The translations under genes were made by a program, and so were the position numbers. From contig OY761556.1 in assembly GCA_963664705.1 (NCBI GenBank), positions 5,696,001 to 5,760,000 of the forward strand: a stretch of DNA of 64,000 bases. Direction: 5' to 3'. This DNA comes from Acidobacteriota bacterium. Lineage in GTDB: Bacteria; Acidobacteriota; UBA6911. This document shows positions 9,962-20,923 of the stretch, one piece after another. Numbering within the stretch: the first letter of the stretch is position 1; every line of letters starts with the position of its first letter. The notes beneath the pieces are model-generated. The model saw only the letters and a program-made list of their open reading frames with translations. It ran no database searches and was not told the DNA's origin.

Positions 9962-12367
9962 TTGATCGTGGCTATCAAAAAATCGGAAATATATACGTCT
10001 TTGTGGCAGAGCTGCGACGAGCTACGCGGCGGTATGGATGCCAGCCAATACAAAGACTACGTTCTCGTTCTACTGTTTATCAAATACATCAGTGACAAAT
10101 ATGCAGGGGTACCGTATGCGCCGATCACCATCCCACCCGGCGCCAGCTTCAAAGATATGGTTGCCCTCAAAGGGAAATCGGACATAGGCGACCAGATCAA
10201 TAAAAAGATCCTCGCCCCGCTGGCAAAGGCTAATCAGCTGTCTGACATGCCGGATTTCAATGACGCAACCAAGCTCGGCAGCGGCAAGGACTTGGTGGAA
10301 CGGCTCACCAATCTAATCGCCATTTTCGAGAACAAGGCGCTAGATTTCTCAAAAAACCGCGCTGATGGTGATGACATCCTTGGCGATGCCTACGAGTATT
10401 TGATGCGGCACTTCGCATCCGAAAGCGGCAAAAGCAAAGGTCAGTTTTACACCCCAGCTGAGGTCAGCCGCATTATGGCGCAGATCCTCGGTATCCGAGA
10501 TGCGAAGATCACCAGTGCTACCACCGTTTATGATCCTACCTGCGGTTCAGGTTCGCTCTTATTGAAGGTTAGCGATGAGGCCGGGGTGAGGGTCACCCTG
10601 TATGGGCAGGAAAAGGATGCGGCTACCAGCGGTCTTGCCCGTATGAACATGATCCTGCACAACAATCCTACGGCACTCATAAAGCAGGAAAACACGCTGA
10701 CCAATCCTCAGTTCAAAAACGGCGAGATGCTCAAAACCTTCGACTATGTCGTTGCAAATCCGCCGTTTTCCGATAAGCGGTGGAGTACCGGTCTCGATCC
10801 GCTGAACGACCCCTATCAGCGCTTCCAGCTCTTTGGCACGCCGCCCAATAAACAGGGCGATTATGCCTATCTTCTGCACATTGTCGCCTCTCTCAAGAGC
10901 ACCGGCACAGGTGCTTGCATATTGCCGCACGGTGTCCTGTTCAGAGGTAATGCTGAGGCGGATATCCGCCGGAATCTCCTCCGAAAGGGCTATATCAAAG
11001 GGATCATTGGCCTGCCGACGAATCTCTTTTACGGCACGGGAATTCCTGCCTGCATCGTTGTGGTCGACAAGAAGAATTCCCACGCAAGAAAGGGCATTTT
11101 TCTAATCGATGCCAGTGCGGGTTTTATGAAAGACGGCCCCAAGAACAGGCTGCGGGTTCAAGATATTCACAAGATTGTCGATATATTCAACCGGCAGCTC
11201 GAAGTCCCCGGGTATGCCCGCATGATCTCCTTAGAGGAGATCGAGAAAAATGAGTTTAACCTCAACATTCCGCGCTATATCGACAGCCAGGAACCTGAGG
11301 ACATCCAGGATATCGAGGGACATCTCAAGGGCGGCATTCCCATTGCTGACGTTGAAGCCCTTCATCGTTATTGGGAAGTCTGTCCAAAACTGCGGCAGAC
11401 TCTGTTCAAGAAAAATCGCGCTGGTTATGTGGATCTCGCTGTGGACAAGGCGGCTATTAAGTCCACGATCTACGAGCACCCAGAATTTGCCGCCTTCATC
11501 ACGGGCATGAACTCTCATTTTGCCGCTTGGTCTCAGGAAAATGGCAAGTCCCTGCGGCAATTGAAGTCCGGATGTCATCCAAAGGAAATCATCGTCAAGC
11601 TCTCCGAGGATCTACTGGCCTATTACTCCGGCAAGCCGTTGATCGACAACTACGACGTTTATCAGCATCTCATGGACTACTGGGCCGAGACTATGCAGGA
11701 CGATTGCTACATCATCGCCGCTGACGGCTGGAGAGCAGAGACGACCCGCATCGTTGAGAAGGACAAGAAAGGCAATGAAAAGGACAAGGGCTGGACGTGC
11801 GATCTCGTGCCCAAGTCCCTCATCGTTGCCCGCTACTTCGCCAAGGAACAGGCGGCACTAACCCAACTGGAAGCCGAGTTGGAAGCCGTTACGGCCCGGC
11901 TGACGGAGATGGAGGAAGAACACGGTGGGGAGGAGGGAGCTTTCTCCGAGCTCGAAAAGGTGAACAAGGCCAACGTTACTGCCCGGCTAAAGGAGATTAA
12001 AGGGGATAAGGAGGCCAAAGACGAATCCGCCGTTCTCAACGAATGGATGAAGCTCAGCAACGAGGAAGCTGACCTCAAGAAACGCGTCAGGGACGCCGAG
12101 GTGGCATTGGATGCCAAAGCCTATGCCCATTACCCCAAGCTCACAGAAAATGACACCAAGGCGCTCGTAGTGGATGATAAATGGCTTGCAGCTCTGGATG
12201 CCGCAATCCACGGCGAGATGGACAGCATCAGCCAAGGGCTAACCCAGCGAGTGAAGGAACTTGACGAACGCTACGAAACACCGATACCGGGAATGGTTAG
12301 CCGGGTGGCCGAGCTGGAGTCGAAAGTGAACCGGCACCTGGAAGAGATGGGTTTTACATGGAAGTGA
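9962..12367 (+). CDS. hsdM: Type I R-M methyltransferase subunit
   Basis: LWQSCDELRG, GQFYTPAEV, YDPTCGSGSLL, VANPPF, LPHGVLFRG; start may be GTG 9968. Confidence 0.97.
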   Translation: MIVAIKKSEIYTSLWQSCDELRGGMDASQYKDYVLVLLFIKYISDKYAGVPYAPITIPPGASFKDMVALKGKSDIGDQINKKILAPLAKANQLSDMPDFNDATKLGSGKDLVERLTNLIAIFENKALDFSKNRADGDDILGDAYEYLMRHFASESGKSKGQFYTPAEVSRIMAQILGIRDAKITSATTVYDPTCGSGSLLLKVSDEAGVRVTLYGQEKDAATSGLARMNMILHNNPTALIKQENTLTNPQFKNGEMLKTFDYVVANPPFSDKRWSTGLDPLNDPYQRFQLFGTPPNKQGDYAYLLHIVASLKSTGTGACILPHGVLFRGNAEADIRRNLLRKGYIKGIIGLPTNLFYGTGIPACIVVVDKKNSHARKGIFLIDASAGFMKDGPKNRLRVQDIHKIVDIFNRQLEVPGYARMISLEEIEKNEFNLNIPRYIDSQEPEDIQDIEGHLKGGIPIADVEALHRYWEVCPKLRQTLFKKNRAGYVDLAVDKAAIKSTIYEHPEFAAFITGMNSHFAAWSQENGKSLRQLKSGCHPKEIIVKLSEDLLAYYSGKPLIDNYDVYQHLMDYWAETMQDDCYIIAADGWRAETTRIVEKDKKGNEKDKGWTCDLVPKSLIVARYFAKEQAALTQLEAELEAVTARLTEMEEEHGGEEGAFSELEKVNKANVTARLKEIKGDKEAKDESAVLNEWMKLSNEEADLKKRVRDAEVALDAKAYAHYPKLTENDTKALVVDDKWLAALDAAIHGEMDSISQGLTQRVKELDERYETPIPGMVSRVAELESKVNRHLEEMGFTWK

Positions 12368-13650
12368 AGCGCGGATACAAACAGACAGAGGTAGGAGTAA
12401 TTCCGGAGGATTGGCATCTTCGGCCACTGTTGACCGTAGTTCGTGTGGCAAGTGGTCAGGTTGACCCAAGGATTGAGCCCTACCATTCGATGACTCTCGT
12501 CGCACCCGACCATATAGAGAGCAGCAGCGGACGCTTGCTATTAAAGCAGACAGCAGGTGAACAACGAGCAATTAGCGGTAAATACCTCTTCGCACCTGGT
12601 GACGTTGTTTACAGCAAAATTCGTCCGTATCTGAGGAAAGCAATTCTGGCTGATTTTGAAGGGCTCTGCAGCGCGGATATGTATCCACTGAAGCCCGCAG
12701 CCGAGGTCTCAGCCGGGTTTGTATTTTCTGCACTGCTTGGACATCATTTTTCCAAATATGCTGAGTCGGTGTCGGTTCGAAGCGGGATGCCGAAGATCAA
12801 CAGAGCTGAATTAGCTGAATATACGATGGCACTCCCGCCCACTAGAGCCGAACAAGAAGCCATTGCCGACGCATTGAGCGATGCAGATGCCCTCATCGAA
12901 TCCCTGGAGCAACTCATTGCCAAGAAAAGCCAGATCAAACAAGGGGCCATGCAGGAATTGCTAACGGGCAATAGGCGTTTGCCGGGTTTTACATCCAAAT
13001 CGGGTTATAAACAGACCGAAGTGGGGATGATTCCGGAGGATTGGAATACAGTAACATTGGAATACGCTGCCGTTCCTGGGGGCCTCGTTAGGGGTCCGTT
13101 TGGCGGAACCTTAAAAAAACAATTTTTCGTAAGAGACGGCTACAAGGTCTATGAACAAAGAAACGCTATTTACGGGACAGTTGATAAGGGCGATTACTTT
13201 ATCTCTAGAACCAAGTTTAAAGAGTTGGAACGCTTTCGCGTCCGTCCTGGGGATTTAATAGTAAGTTGCTCGGGAACAATTGGGTGCATTTACAGGATTC
13301 CCCAGGAAGCACCAGAAGGAATAATAAATCAGGCTCTCCTCAAAATCTCCTTGAACGAGGAGAAAGTAAATCATGGATTCTTTCTTGCTGTTTTCGGATC
13401 CAAACAGTTTCAGGCGCGTATCAAAGAGAATACTCATGGTGGGGCAATGCAAAACCTCGTTGGAATGGATGTTTTTATGAAAACATTATTCCAAATCCCT
13501 CCCCAAAAAGCCGAACAAGAAGCTATTGCAGCCATTATTGGCGATATGGATGATGAGATTACTACATTGGGATCAAAGTTAAATAAAGCCCGCCAAATCA
13601 AACAAGGCATGATGCAGGAACTCCTAACCGGAAGGATACGTCTCGTATGA
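12358..13650 (+). CDS. hsdS: Type I R-M specificity subunit
   Basis: two TRD halves, each with GYKQTEVGxIPEDW, AEQEAIA and QIKQGxMQELLTG. Confidence 0.95.
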   Translation: MEVKRGYKQTEVGVIPEDWHLRPLLTVVRVASGQVDPRIEPYHSMTLVAPDHIESSSGRLLLKQTAGEQRAISGKYLFAPGDVVYSKIRPYLRKAILADFEGLCSADMYPLKPAAEVSAGFVFSALLGHHFSKYAESVSVRSGMPKINRAELAEYTMALPPTRAEQEAIADALSDADALIESLEQLIAKKSQIKQGAMQELLTGNRRLPGFTSKSGYKQTEVGMIPEDWNTVTLEYAAVPGGLVRGPFGGTLKKQFFVRDGYKVYEQRNAIYGTVDKGDYFISRTKFKELERFRVRPGDLIVSCSGTIGCIYRIPQEAPEGIINQALLKISLNEEKVNHGFFLAVFGSKQFQARIKENTHGGAMQNLVGMDVFMKTLFQIPPQKAEQEAIAAIIGDMDDEITTLGSKLNKARQIKQGMMQELLTGRIRLV

Positions 13651-14564
13651 AAAACTACTACCGAGTCATGCTTGGAAAAAAAAGCGCTCATGCGGCGGAA
13701 TGTTTTGCAGGCAACTTCATTGGTGCTAATTTCGGTATCAAGCAGGACCTGTCACATAAGCTGCCGGAGGAATGGCGTGCCTTTAATGAGGAATTCATTC
13801 CTGTATATCTCAATCTCTTTCCCGGTAAGACAAAGATCAGCGCTGGATTGGCATGCGGCGCACTGTGGACTGTCTGCAAAGGAATCAGGAAAGGTGACAT
13901 AGTGCTTTGTCCCGACGGAGAGGGTGGCTACCGTGTTGGTGAGGTAAGCGGAGAATACAGCTACGAACAAGGAGAAATCCTTTGTCATAGACGGCCAGTT
14001 TCCTGGTCAAACGTCACGATCGATAAATCTACGATGAGTGAGCCTTTGAGACACTCCGCAGGTTCAATTGGAACCGTAAGCACGATTACTCGGCATAGCG
14101 ATGAAATCGAAAAGCTGATCAGCGGAAATTCAAAACAAAAGGCCGATGACGAAATAGTAGAGGACCCTTCTGCATTCGCATTAGAGGAGCATCTGGAGGA
14201 TTTTCTCGTAAAAAACTGGGCTCACACTGAGCTTGGCAAAGACTATGACATTTACGAGGAGGATGGAGAAAAAGCACAACAGTACCAAACCGATACTGGT
14301 CCACTCGATATTCTTGCCGTCAGTAAAGATAGAAAGAAGCTGCTGGTTATTGAGTTGAAAAAGGGTCGTGCCAGTGACGCGGTAGTGGGCCAGATCCTTC
14401 GCTACATGGGGTTTGTTCAGGAAATGCTTGCGGAAAAAGATCAGAGTGTACATGGATTAGTAATCGCCCTGGAAGATGATCAGAGGATCCGTCGAGCATT
14501 GGCGATGGTAAAGAATATCCAATTCTATCGATATCAAATCAGCTTCAAATTAGTGAAAGCATAA
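13647..14564 (+). CDS. NucS/EndoMS-like PD-(D/E)xK nuclease with N-terminal PUA/Mrr-N-like domain
   Basis: LEEHLEDFL, GPLDILA, VIELKKGRASDAVVGQILRYMG; N-terminal GDIVLCP...HRRPVSW; ATGA overlap with hsdS. Confidence 0.8.
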   Translation: MKNYYRVMLGKKSAHAAECFAGNFIGANFGIKQDLSHKLPEEWRAFNEEFIPVYLNLFPGKTKISAGLACGALWTVCKGIRKGDIVLCPDGEGGYRVGEVSGEYSYEQGEILCHRRPVSWSNVTIDKSTMSEPLRHSAGSIGTVSTITRHSDEIEKLISGNSKQKADDEIVEDPSAFALEEHLEDFLVKNWAHTELGKDYDIYEEDGEKAQQYQTDTGPLDILAVSKDRKKLLVIELKKGRASDAVVGQILRYMGFVQEMLAEKDQSVHGLVIALEDDQRIRRALAMVKNIQFYRYQISFKLVKA

Positions 14565-14565
14565 G

Positions 14566-17500
14566 ATGACTCCAATAGGCCAGGCAGAACGCGCTACACA
14601 GGACCGCGTCATTGCTCTATTTCGGAACGAACTGAAATACAAATATCTCGGCGATTGGACAGACCGAGACGGCAATAGCAATATCGAGGAGGGGCTCCTT
14701 ACCGATTACCTGACTAAATGCGGTTACGGTCAAGCACAGATCAGTAGGGCCATTTACCTCCTTCATACCGAAGCCGATAACCACAATCGTGGTCTTTATG
14801 GCAACAATAAGGCTGTATATAACCTGCTGCGGTATGGCGTGCCGGTTAAGATAGAAGCAGGCAAAGTCACAGAAACCGTTCACCTCATCGACTGGAAAGA
14901 ACCAAAGAAGAATGATTTCGCTATTGCTGAAGAGGTTACTCTTCACGGGAATAACGAACGGCGACCGGACATAGTCCTTTCCGTGAACGGCATTGCTATC
15001 GGAGTGCTCGAACTGAAGAACAGCCGAATCTCCATCGGCGATGGCATCCGTCAAAACCTTTCCAATCAGCAGCCAGAATTCAATGAATGGTTCTTCAGTA
15101 CGGTTCAGTTCATCTTTGCTGGCAATGATTCAGAAGGGCTGCAGTACGGGACAATTGGTACACCGGAGAAGTATTTCCTGAAATGGAAAGAAGAGGAGGA
15201 AGATAACAGCCGTTTTAAGCTCGACAAATACCTGCTGAAGATCTGCGTCAAAGAGCGCCTGATCGAGCTGATGTACGACTTCGTGCTATTCGATGGAGGC
15301 GTGAAGAAGCTGCCACGGGCACACCAGTATTTTGGGATCAAGGCTGCGCAGCGACATGTAAATGAAAGCAAGGGCGGCATCATTTGGCATACACAGGGCA
15401 GCGGTAAGAGCATTGTCATGGTGCTTCTGGCGAAGTGGATTCTGGAGAATAATCCCAACGCCCGAGTTGCCATCATCACAGACCGGGATGAATTGGACAA
15501 GCAGATTGAGCGGGTCTTCACAGAAGCGGGAGAAGCCATAAAGCGCACCGGCAGCGGTCGTGACCTGATGAACCAGCTCAGCCAGGCTGCCCCACGCCTC
15601 TTATGCTCTCTGATCCACAAGTTCGGCAGGAGAGACGTAGATGACCTCGACGCGTTCATCAAGGAACTGGAAGCTCAACCGAGCCAGACTGTGGGAGAGG
15701 TTTTTGTTTTCGTGGACGAATGTCACCGGACCCAGAGTGGACGACTGCACCGGGTGATGAAGGCGATGATGCCCAACGCGATCTTCATCGGCTTTACTGG
15801 CACACCTCTATTGAAAAAGGATAAGCAGACGAGCCTGGAGGTTTTTGGCGGCTACATCCACACCTATAAGTTCAGCGAAGGCGTTGAAGACAATGTCATA
15901 CTCGATTTGATTTATGAGGCGAGGGATATTGACCAGCATCTCGGGTCGGTAGACAAAATCGATGCCTGGTTCGAGGCCAAGACCAAAGGCCTGAACGATT
16001 GGCAGAAGGATGAGCTGAAAAAGCAGTGGGGCACGATGCAGCATGTGCTCAGCTCAAAATCCCGCATGGATCGGGTGGTGAGCGACATCATCTTCGATTT
16101 CGGTACTAAGCCACGCCTTTCGAGCCAACGCGGAAACGCCATCCTGGTTGCCTCCAGCATTTATGAGGCTTGTAAGTATTTCTCACTATTCCAGAAAACA
16201 CCGTTTAAGGGCAGGTGCGCGGTGGTTACCTCCTACAACCCGCAAGCACAGGACGTGACCAAGGAGGAGATCGGAGCCCATACTGAGACCGACAAACAGT
16301 TCATCTTCAACACCTACACTGAACTGTTGACGGATGTTGCGCCCAAACCGGGCATGACAAAGACTGAGACTTACGAGGAGACTGCCAAAACGCTGTTCAC
16401 GAAGGAGCCTGCGAATATGAAGCTCCTCGTCGTTGTGGACAAGTTGCTGACTGGTTTTGACGCACCGCCCTGCACCTACCTCTATATCGATAAATCAATG
16501 CAGGATCACGGGCTGTTCCAGGCCATATGCCGTGTTAACCGGCTGGATGGGGACGACAAAGATTTCGGCTATATCGTCGATTACAAGGATCTGTTCAAGA
16601 AAGTCGAAAACGCCATTGCTGTTTACTCGTCAGAATTAGATCACAGCTCTGGAGGCGCTGCTCCGGAGGTGCTGCTGCAAGATCGTCTGAAGAAAGGGAG
16701 GGAACGGCTGGATGATGCGCTTGAAGCTCTTTTCCTCCTTTGTGAGCCCGTCGAAAAGCCGAAAGGCGAGTTGGAGCACATTCATTCCTTCTGCGGAAAT
16801 ACTGAAATTCCGGCAGACCTGAAGGAACGAGAGCCACGACGCTCTGCACTATATAAAGCTGTGGTAACCCTCGTAAGAGCATATGCCAACATCTCGGATG
16901 AGCTGGATGCAGCCGGATACAGCGGCGCTGAAATAAATCGAATCAAGAAGCAGGTTGAAGAGTATTTGAATCTTCGGGAAATCATTCGCAAAGCCAGCGG
17001 CGAGAGCTTAGATCTGAAGGCGTACGAAGCTGATATGCGGCACCTCATCGATACGTATATTGAGGCTGACGAGCCGAGAAAGATCTCGCCTTTCGAGAAT
17101 ATCGGGTTATTAGACCTTATCGTAAAAACCGGAATTGCCAATGCCATTGCGAATCAGCTCAGCAGCCTTAAAGGTAATAAGGACGCAATTGCGGAAGTGA
17201 TTGCAAATAATGTCCGCAGCAAAATTATTAGAGAGCATCTGAACGATCCGGCTTTCTATAACAAAATGTCCGCATTATTGGACGAAATCATTGCAGCCAG
17301 GAAGGCCAAGGCAATTGAATACGAAGAATACCTGAGACGCATTGCGGAATTGGCTAAGAAAGTGCAGGCCGGACACTCAGATGAGCTGCCGGAACAGCTC
17401 GATACGCCAGGCAAACGTGCTCTGTACAACAACCTCAAAAAGGAAGCCGGGGCTGCTGTTGCGGAGGCTGGTGCAAGCTATTCCCCTGAGAATGACAACG

Positions 17501-17676
17501 ATCTGCTCGAATTAGTCCTCAGAATTGATGATGCCGTGAAAAGCACCAGGCCAGACGAATGGCGTGGAGTGCAATCCAGGGAGCAGGTGATCAAGGCTGC
17601 TCTTTATGGCATCTTACAGGATCCTGCCGAAGTGGAGCGTATTTTCCTAATCATCAAAGCACAGAGTGAATACTGA
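14566..17676 (+). CDS. hsdR: Type I R-M restriction subunit
   Basis: RPDIVL..NGI...ELKN, HTQGSGKS, VDECHRTQ, LLTGFDAP, QAICRVNR. Confidence 0.97.
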   Translation: MTPIGQAERATQDRVIALFRNELKYKYLGDWTDRDGNSNIEEGLLTDYLTKCGYGQAQISRAIYLLHTEADNHNRGLYGNNKAVYNLLRYGVPVKIEAGKVTETVHLIDWKEPKKNDFAIAEEVTLHGNNERRPDIVLSVNGIAIGVLELKNSRISIGDGIRQNLSNQQPEFNEWFFSTVQFIFAGNDSEGLQYGTIGTPEKYFLKWKEEEEDNSRFKLDKYLLKICVKERLIELMYDFVLFDGGVKKLPRAHQYFGIKAAQRHVNESKGGIIWHTQGSGKSIVMVLLAKWILENNPNARVAIITDRDELDKQIERVFTEAGEAIKRTGSGRDLMNQLSQAAPRLLCSLIHKFGRRDVDDLDAFIKELEAQPSQTVGEVFVFVDECHRTQSGRLHRVMKAMMPNAIFIGFTGTPLLKKDKQTSLEVFGGYIHTYKFSEGVEDNVILDLIYEARDIDQHLGSVDKIDAWFEAKTKGLNDWQKDELKKQWGTMQHVLSSKSRMDRVVSDIIFDFGTKPRLSSQRGNAILVASSIYEACKYFSLFQKTPFKGRCAVVTSYNPQAQDVTKEEIGAHTETDKQFIFNTYTELLTDVAPKPGMTKTETYEETAKTLFTKEPANMKLLVVVDKLLTGFDAPPCTYLYIDKSMQDHGLFQAICRVNRLDGDDKDFGYIVDYKDLFKKVENAIAVYSSELDHSSGGAAPEVLLQDRLKKGRERLDDALEALFLLCEPVEKPKGELEHIHSFCGNTEIPADLKEREPRRSALYKAVVTLVRAYANISDELDAAGYSGAEINRIKKQVEEYLNLREIIRKASGESLDLKAYEADMRHLIDTYIEADEPRKISPFENIGLLDLIVKTGIANAIANQLSSLKGNKDAIAEVIANNVRSKIIREHLNDPAFYNKMSALLDEIIAARKAKAIEYEEYLRRIAELAKKVQAGHSDELPEQLDTPGKRALYNNLKKEAGAAVAEAGASYSPENDNDLLELVLRIDDAVKSTRPDEWRGVQSREQVIKAALYGILQDPAEVERIFLIIKAQSEY

Positions 17677-18392
17677 TGCCAAGGCAGATCAAGTTAGGTG
17701 ACATCACAATAGAAGTGTTTTTGAAGGACATCAAAAATGTCCATCTCAGTGTCTATCCCCCAACCGGCAAAGTGAAGATTTCAGCTCCGAAACGCATGAG
17801 CCTCGACACAATACGCCTGTTTGCAATTTCGAAACTTGCCTGGATTAAGCAGCAGCAGAGGAAACTGCGAGAACAGGAACGTGAAACTCCTCGGGAGTAC
17901 ACTGATCGGGAGAGCCATTATCTTTGGGGAAAGCGTTACCTTCTGAATGTAGTAGAGGAAAATGTGCCGCCAAGACTTGAAATTAAGCATGGCACGATGA
18001 TCCTTAATGTTCGTCCCGGGTCAACGACAGATGAGAAACAGGAAATTGTAGCCCACTGGTATAGAGAACAAATAAGGGCTGCCATTCCTCAGCTAATCGC
18101 CAAATGGGCTCCGAGAATGAAGGTAAAGGTGGAACGGGTTTTCATACAAAAAATGAAGACCAAATGGGGCAGCTGTAATCCAAATACCAAGAGCATTCGG
18201 CTCAATACTGACCTGGCAAAAAAGCCGCAGGATTGCCTGGAATATATTGTCGTGCATGAGTTGGCTCACCTGCTTGCATCGACTCATAACGACCGTTTTG
18301 TTGCGATAATGGACCGGCTGATGCCGGACTGGCATTTACGCCGGGAGCAACTTAACCGGCTGCCGGTTCGACATGAAGAATGGGCATATTGA
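17676..18392 (+). CDS. YgjP/DUF45 (M48-like) zinc metalloprotein, commonly linked to Type I R-M
   Basis: MKTKWGSC, YIVVHELAHL (HExxH), HNDRF. Confidence 0.9.
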   Translation: MPRQIKLGDITIEVFLKDIKNVHLSVYPPTGKVKISAPKRMSLDTIRLFAISKLAWIKQQQRKLREQERETPREYTDRESHYLWGKRYLLNVVEENVPPRLEIKHGTMILNVRPGSTTDEKQEIVAHWYREQIRAAIPQLIAKWAPRMKVKVERVFIQKMKTKWGSCNPNTKSIRLNTDLAKKPQDCLEYIVVHELAHLLASTHNDRFVAIMDRLMPDWHLRREQLNRLPVRHEEWAY

Positions 18393-18665
18393 TCACAATT
18401 GATGAATGAGAGAGACGCTTCTTTAGAAAAATGGAGATTGAATGCAGGTGCTTGACCTGATCACCTCTTACATCCAATATTCATCAACAAAGCCTTACCT
18501 AAATCAAACTTAGCTCGGCCCGACTGCCTCCGCTCCATGCCGTGGAGTAGAAGCCAGCTCACTATTTTTATGGAAGTGGCCTGGAAGCCCACATTCCTTT
18601 TCTATAGGATCAGGGCCACCCCACCCTTGTAGGCCAAGCAACAAACGCGTAGTGCTAAAGCCTTG

Positions 18666-20462
18666 CTATGTTTTTGCAGAAAATGAATTGGGAAACGACC
18701 AAAGCGCCAAAATCTCCTTTGTCAATGCAATCGTTCGATTCTGTATTTTGATTTCGTCCCAAATCCGATCACCACCATCAAACACATCAACGATATCGTC
18801 TTTTGTAACGGACAGATCCGCATAAGACTTTATTCCCTTTTTTTTGCCTTCTCCCAAGACCTTTTTTTCAAATGGGTAATTCCTAAGTGCAGAATTGAGA
18901 GAACTAGTAAGCAATGTCATATTTCCGATAGAATATATTTTTGATACGCGTATCCTTTTGGCCTGTTCTGTATCTATGATTGTCGTTCCATCGTCATTCC
19001 TAACAGGAACAATGCTCCAATGCTCTTCCCATTTCTGAGGCATGACATGCTCCAATGAGTAGCAGAATTTTAGGTCTTTAATAGGGAATTTTTTGTCGTT
19101 ATCCCTCCGATATAACTCAATCCAGAATAAAATAAGCGCAGCATATTTATTCGCAATATTCTGGAGACCGCCTATCACTGCATTGTCATCGACTTCAGAT
19201 AGTTTTGTGTCAAGCAATGTTTCGTCTACGATTAACTCTTTACAGAACTTGTTATAACTTTTAGTTTCGCTTTTAGCGATCATTCTTCTCATAATAAACT
19301 TTTCTAACTTTTTCAATGTCTCATTCAAGAGGGGTCCATCCGCCTTGTGCTTTTTTAGCGCACAAAGAATGAAGGGGTGAAAAGTAGTAATCTCTAGAAC
19401 ATATAAAATGTGAAGCAGCCTCTGTAGGTCATCGCTAAAGGAGAAGAGAGTAGTTCGGTTAAATGACGAGATTTTATTCCTGTATAATTGTGCATATTCT
19501 TTTATGTCAGAGATAAATGACTGCAACTCGTATTTTGTTTTCTTTGCAATCTCAGCTTTATATAAGGAGGAGAGGCCAGATAACGTGTCCTTATCAGGAT
19601 CAAAAAAACCCTTTATTACGGCAATGCTATGCAGAAGAATTTCGATGTTATCGCGCATCAGACGGCCAGTCGATCTTTGAGAATCCCAGAATGCGGTTGC
19701 ATCGTCATCTGACGCAAACACTGCTTCCCAATCGTTTTGGTACATCATATGGACATCATCTTGGCTTTCGAATACATCGAGGGCTCGTTGAAATAGCGAA
19801 TTTTTGATAATATCTGCCGCACTTAACCGTACCCCGGCGCTGTTGATGGTATCAAAAATGGCTTGTTCATCCTCCTTTTCTCCGAGGTCGATAATTACAA
19901 GTATTTTGTTTTCTGTGTCGAAAATCCGATTGAAAAGACTTTCCAACTCAGCTTGAGGGTGTTTCTGCAACTCTTCATAAAAGTATTTATAGCATTGGAG
20001 AATTTTGCTGCTGCTATCGGTTATAACGGACAATTCCTGTGGATCGATGCCGGGATCAATAACCTGATGATAGTATTGCGAATCTAACTTGGAATGTTGA
20101 ATTTTGACATGAAACTTTTTATCAGTTTGCTGCTGTTTATAGAATAAATAGGTTTTGATGGAATTTTCACAGTTGTTTTTGGTGTCTTCTGGGAATAGGT
20201 CATAAAGTGCTTTAATCAGCACGCTTAGCGTTGTCAGTCGTTGTTGCCCGTCAATGACAACAACCTCTTTTGGCTTACCAGTCTGCTTTTCTTGTTGTTT
20301 TAGGATGAGAGAGCCGAGGAAATGGTTTTTTCTGTCATCGAGAAGGTCGATAAGCAGATCTTCCCAATTGTTTTTTTTCCATACGTAGCCCCTTTGGAAG
20401 AATGGAATTTTGACAACTCCCTCATTTCCTAGAAATGTGAATGACATCGCTTCTGCTTTCAT
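18666..20462 (-). CDS. DUF262-DUF1524 protein (GmrSD-type Type IV restriction enzyme)
   Basis: IPFFQRGYVW, IDGQQRLTT, FDTINSAG, LEHVMPQ, IGNMTLL...N. Confidence 0.9.
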   Translation of the reverse strand: MKAEAMSFTFLGNEGVVKIPFFQRGYVWKKNNWEDLLIDLLDDRKNHFLGSLILKQQEKQTGKPKEVVVIDGQQRLTTLSVLIKALYDLFPEDTKNNCENSIKTYLFYKQQQTDKKFHVKIQHSKLDSQYYHQVIDPGIDPQELSVITDSSSKILQCYKYFYEELQKHPQAELESLFNRIFDTENKILVIIDLGEKEDEQAIFDTINSAGVRLSAADIIKNSLFQRALDVFESQDDVHMMYQNDWEAVFASDDDATAFWDSQRSTGRLMRDNIEILLHSIAVIKGFFDPDKDTLSGLSSLYKAEIAKKTKYELQSFISDIKEYAQLYRNKISSFNRTTLFSFSDDLQRLLHILYVLEITTFHPFILCALKKHKADGPLLNETLKKLEKFIMRRMIAKSETKSYNKFCKELIVDETLLDTKLSEVDDNAVIGGLQNIANKYAALILFWIELYRRDNDKKFPIKDLKFCYSLEHVMPQKWEEHWSIVPVRNDDGTTIIDTEQAKRIRVSKIYSIGNMTLLTSSLNSALRNYPFEKKVLGEGKKKGIKSYADLSVTKDDIVDVFDGGDRIWDEIKIQNRTIALTKEILALWSFPNSFSAKT

Positions 20463-20923
20463 GATTAGGCCCTCTGCTGTTTGCTATTTTACTTATATGA
20501 AGTAACTGCGCTTATCGTCCAAAAGGAGGTCTGGAGTATAACAATTTTTGCCGAATCCAACTACAGGTTGAATGGATTCAAGTACTTTGCATTATACTTC
20601 CGCAAAGTGGTTAACCGACCACTTGTCAGTGCAGGTCGTGATAGGTTGACATAAAATTGCTTCCTTCGCCGAGCCATGTCTTGCCTTTCACTTATAACCG
20701 ACAATTACGCGGTCGCTCAATGTGGTTAGCGGCAAGAACATACCTCCGGGCAAAACGATCTCCCTTGTAAGATCCTGTACGCAATCCCAGAAGGTCTGCT
20801 CAATTGTGATCGGATGAAGGGCAAAGAATAATGATTGTCTCCTTGGAGGTATTTTTGTACTTCAGTGAGTGCCATCGACTTTGCCTCCGTATGCCCAGTA
20901 CAATGAAATCTTCCGACATATGC

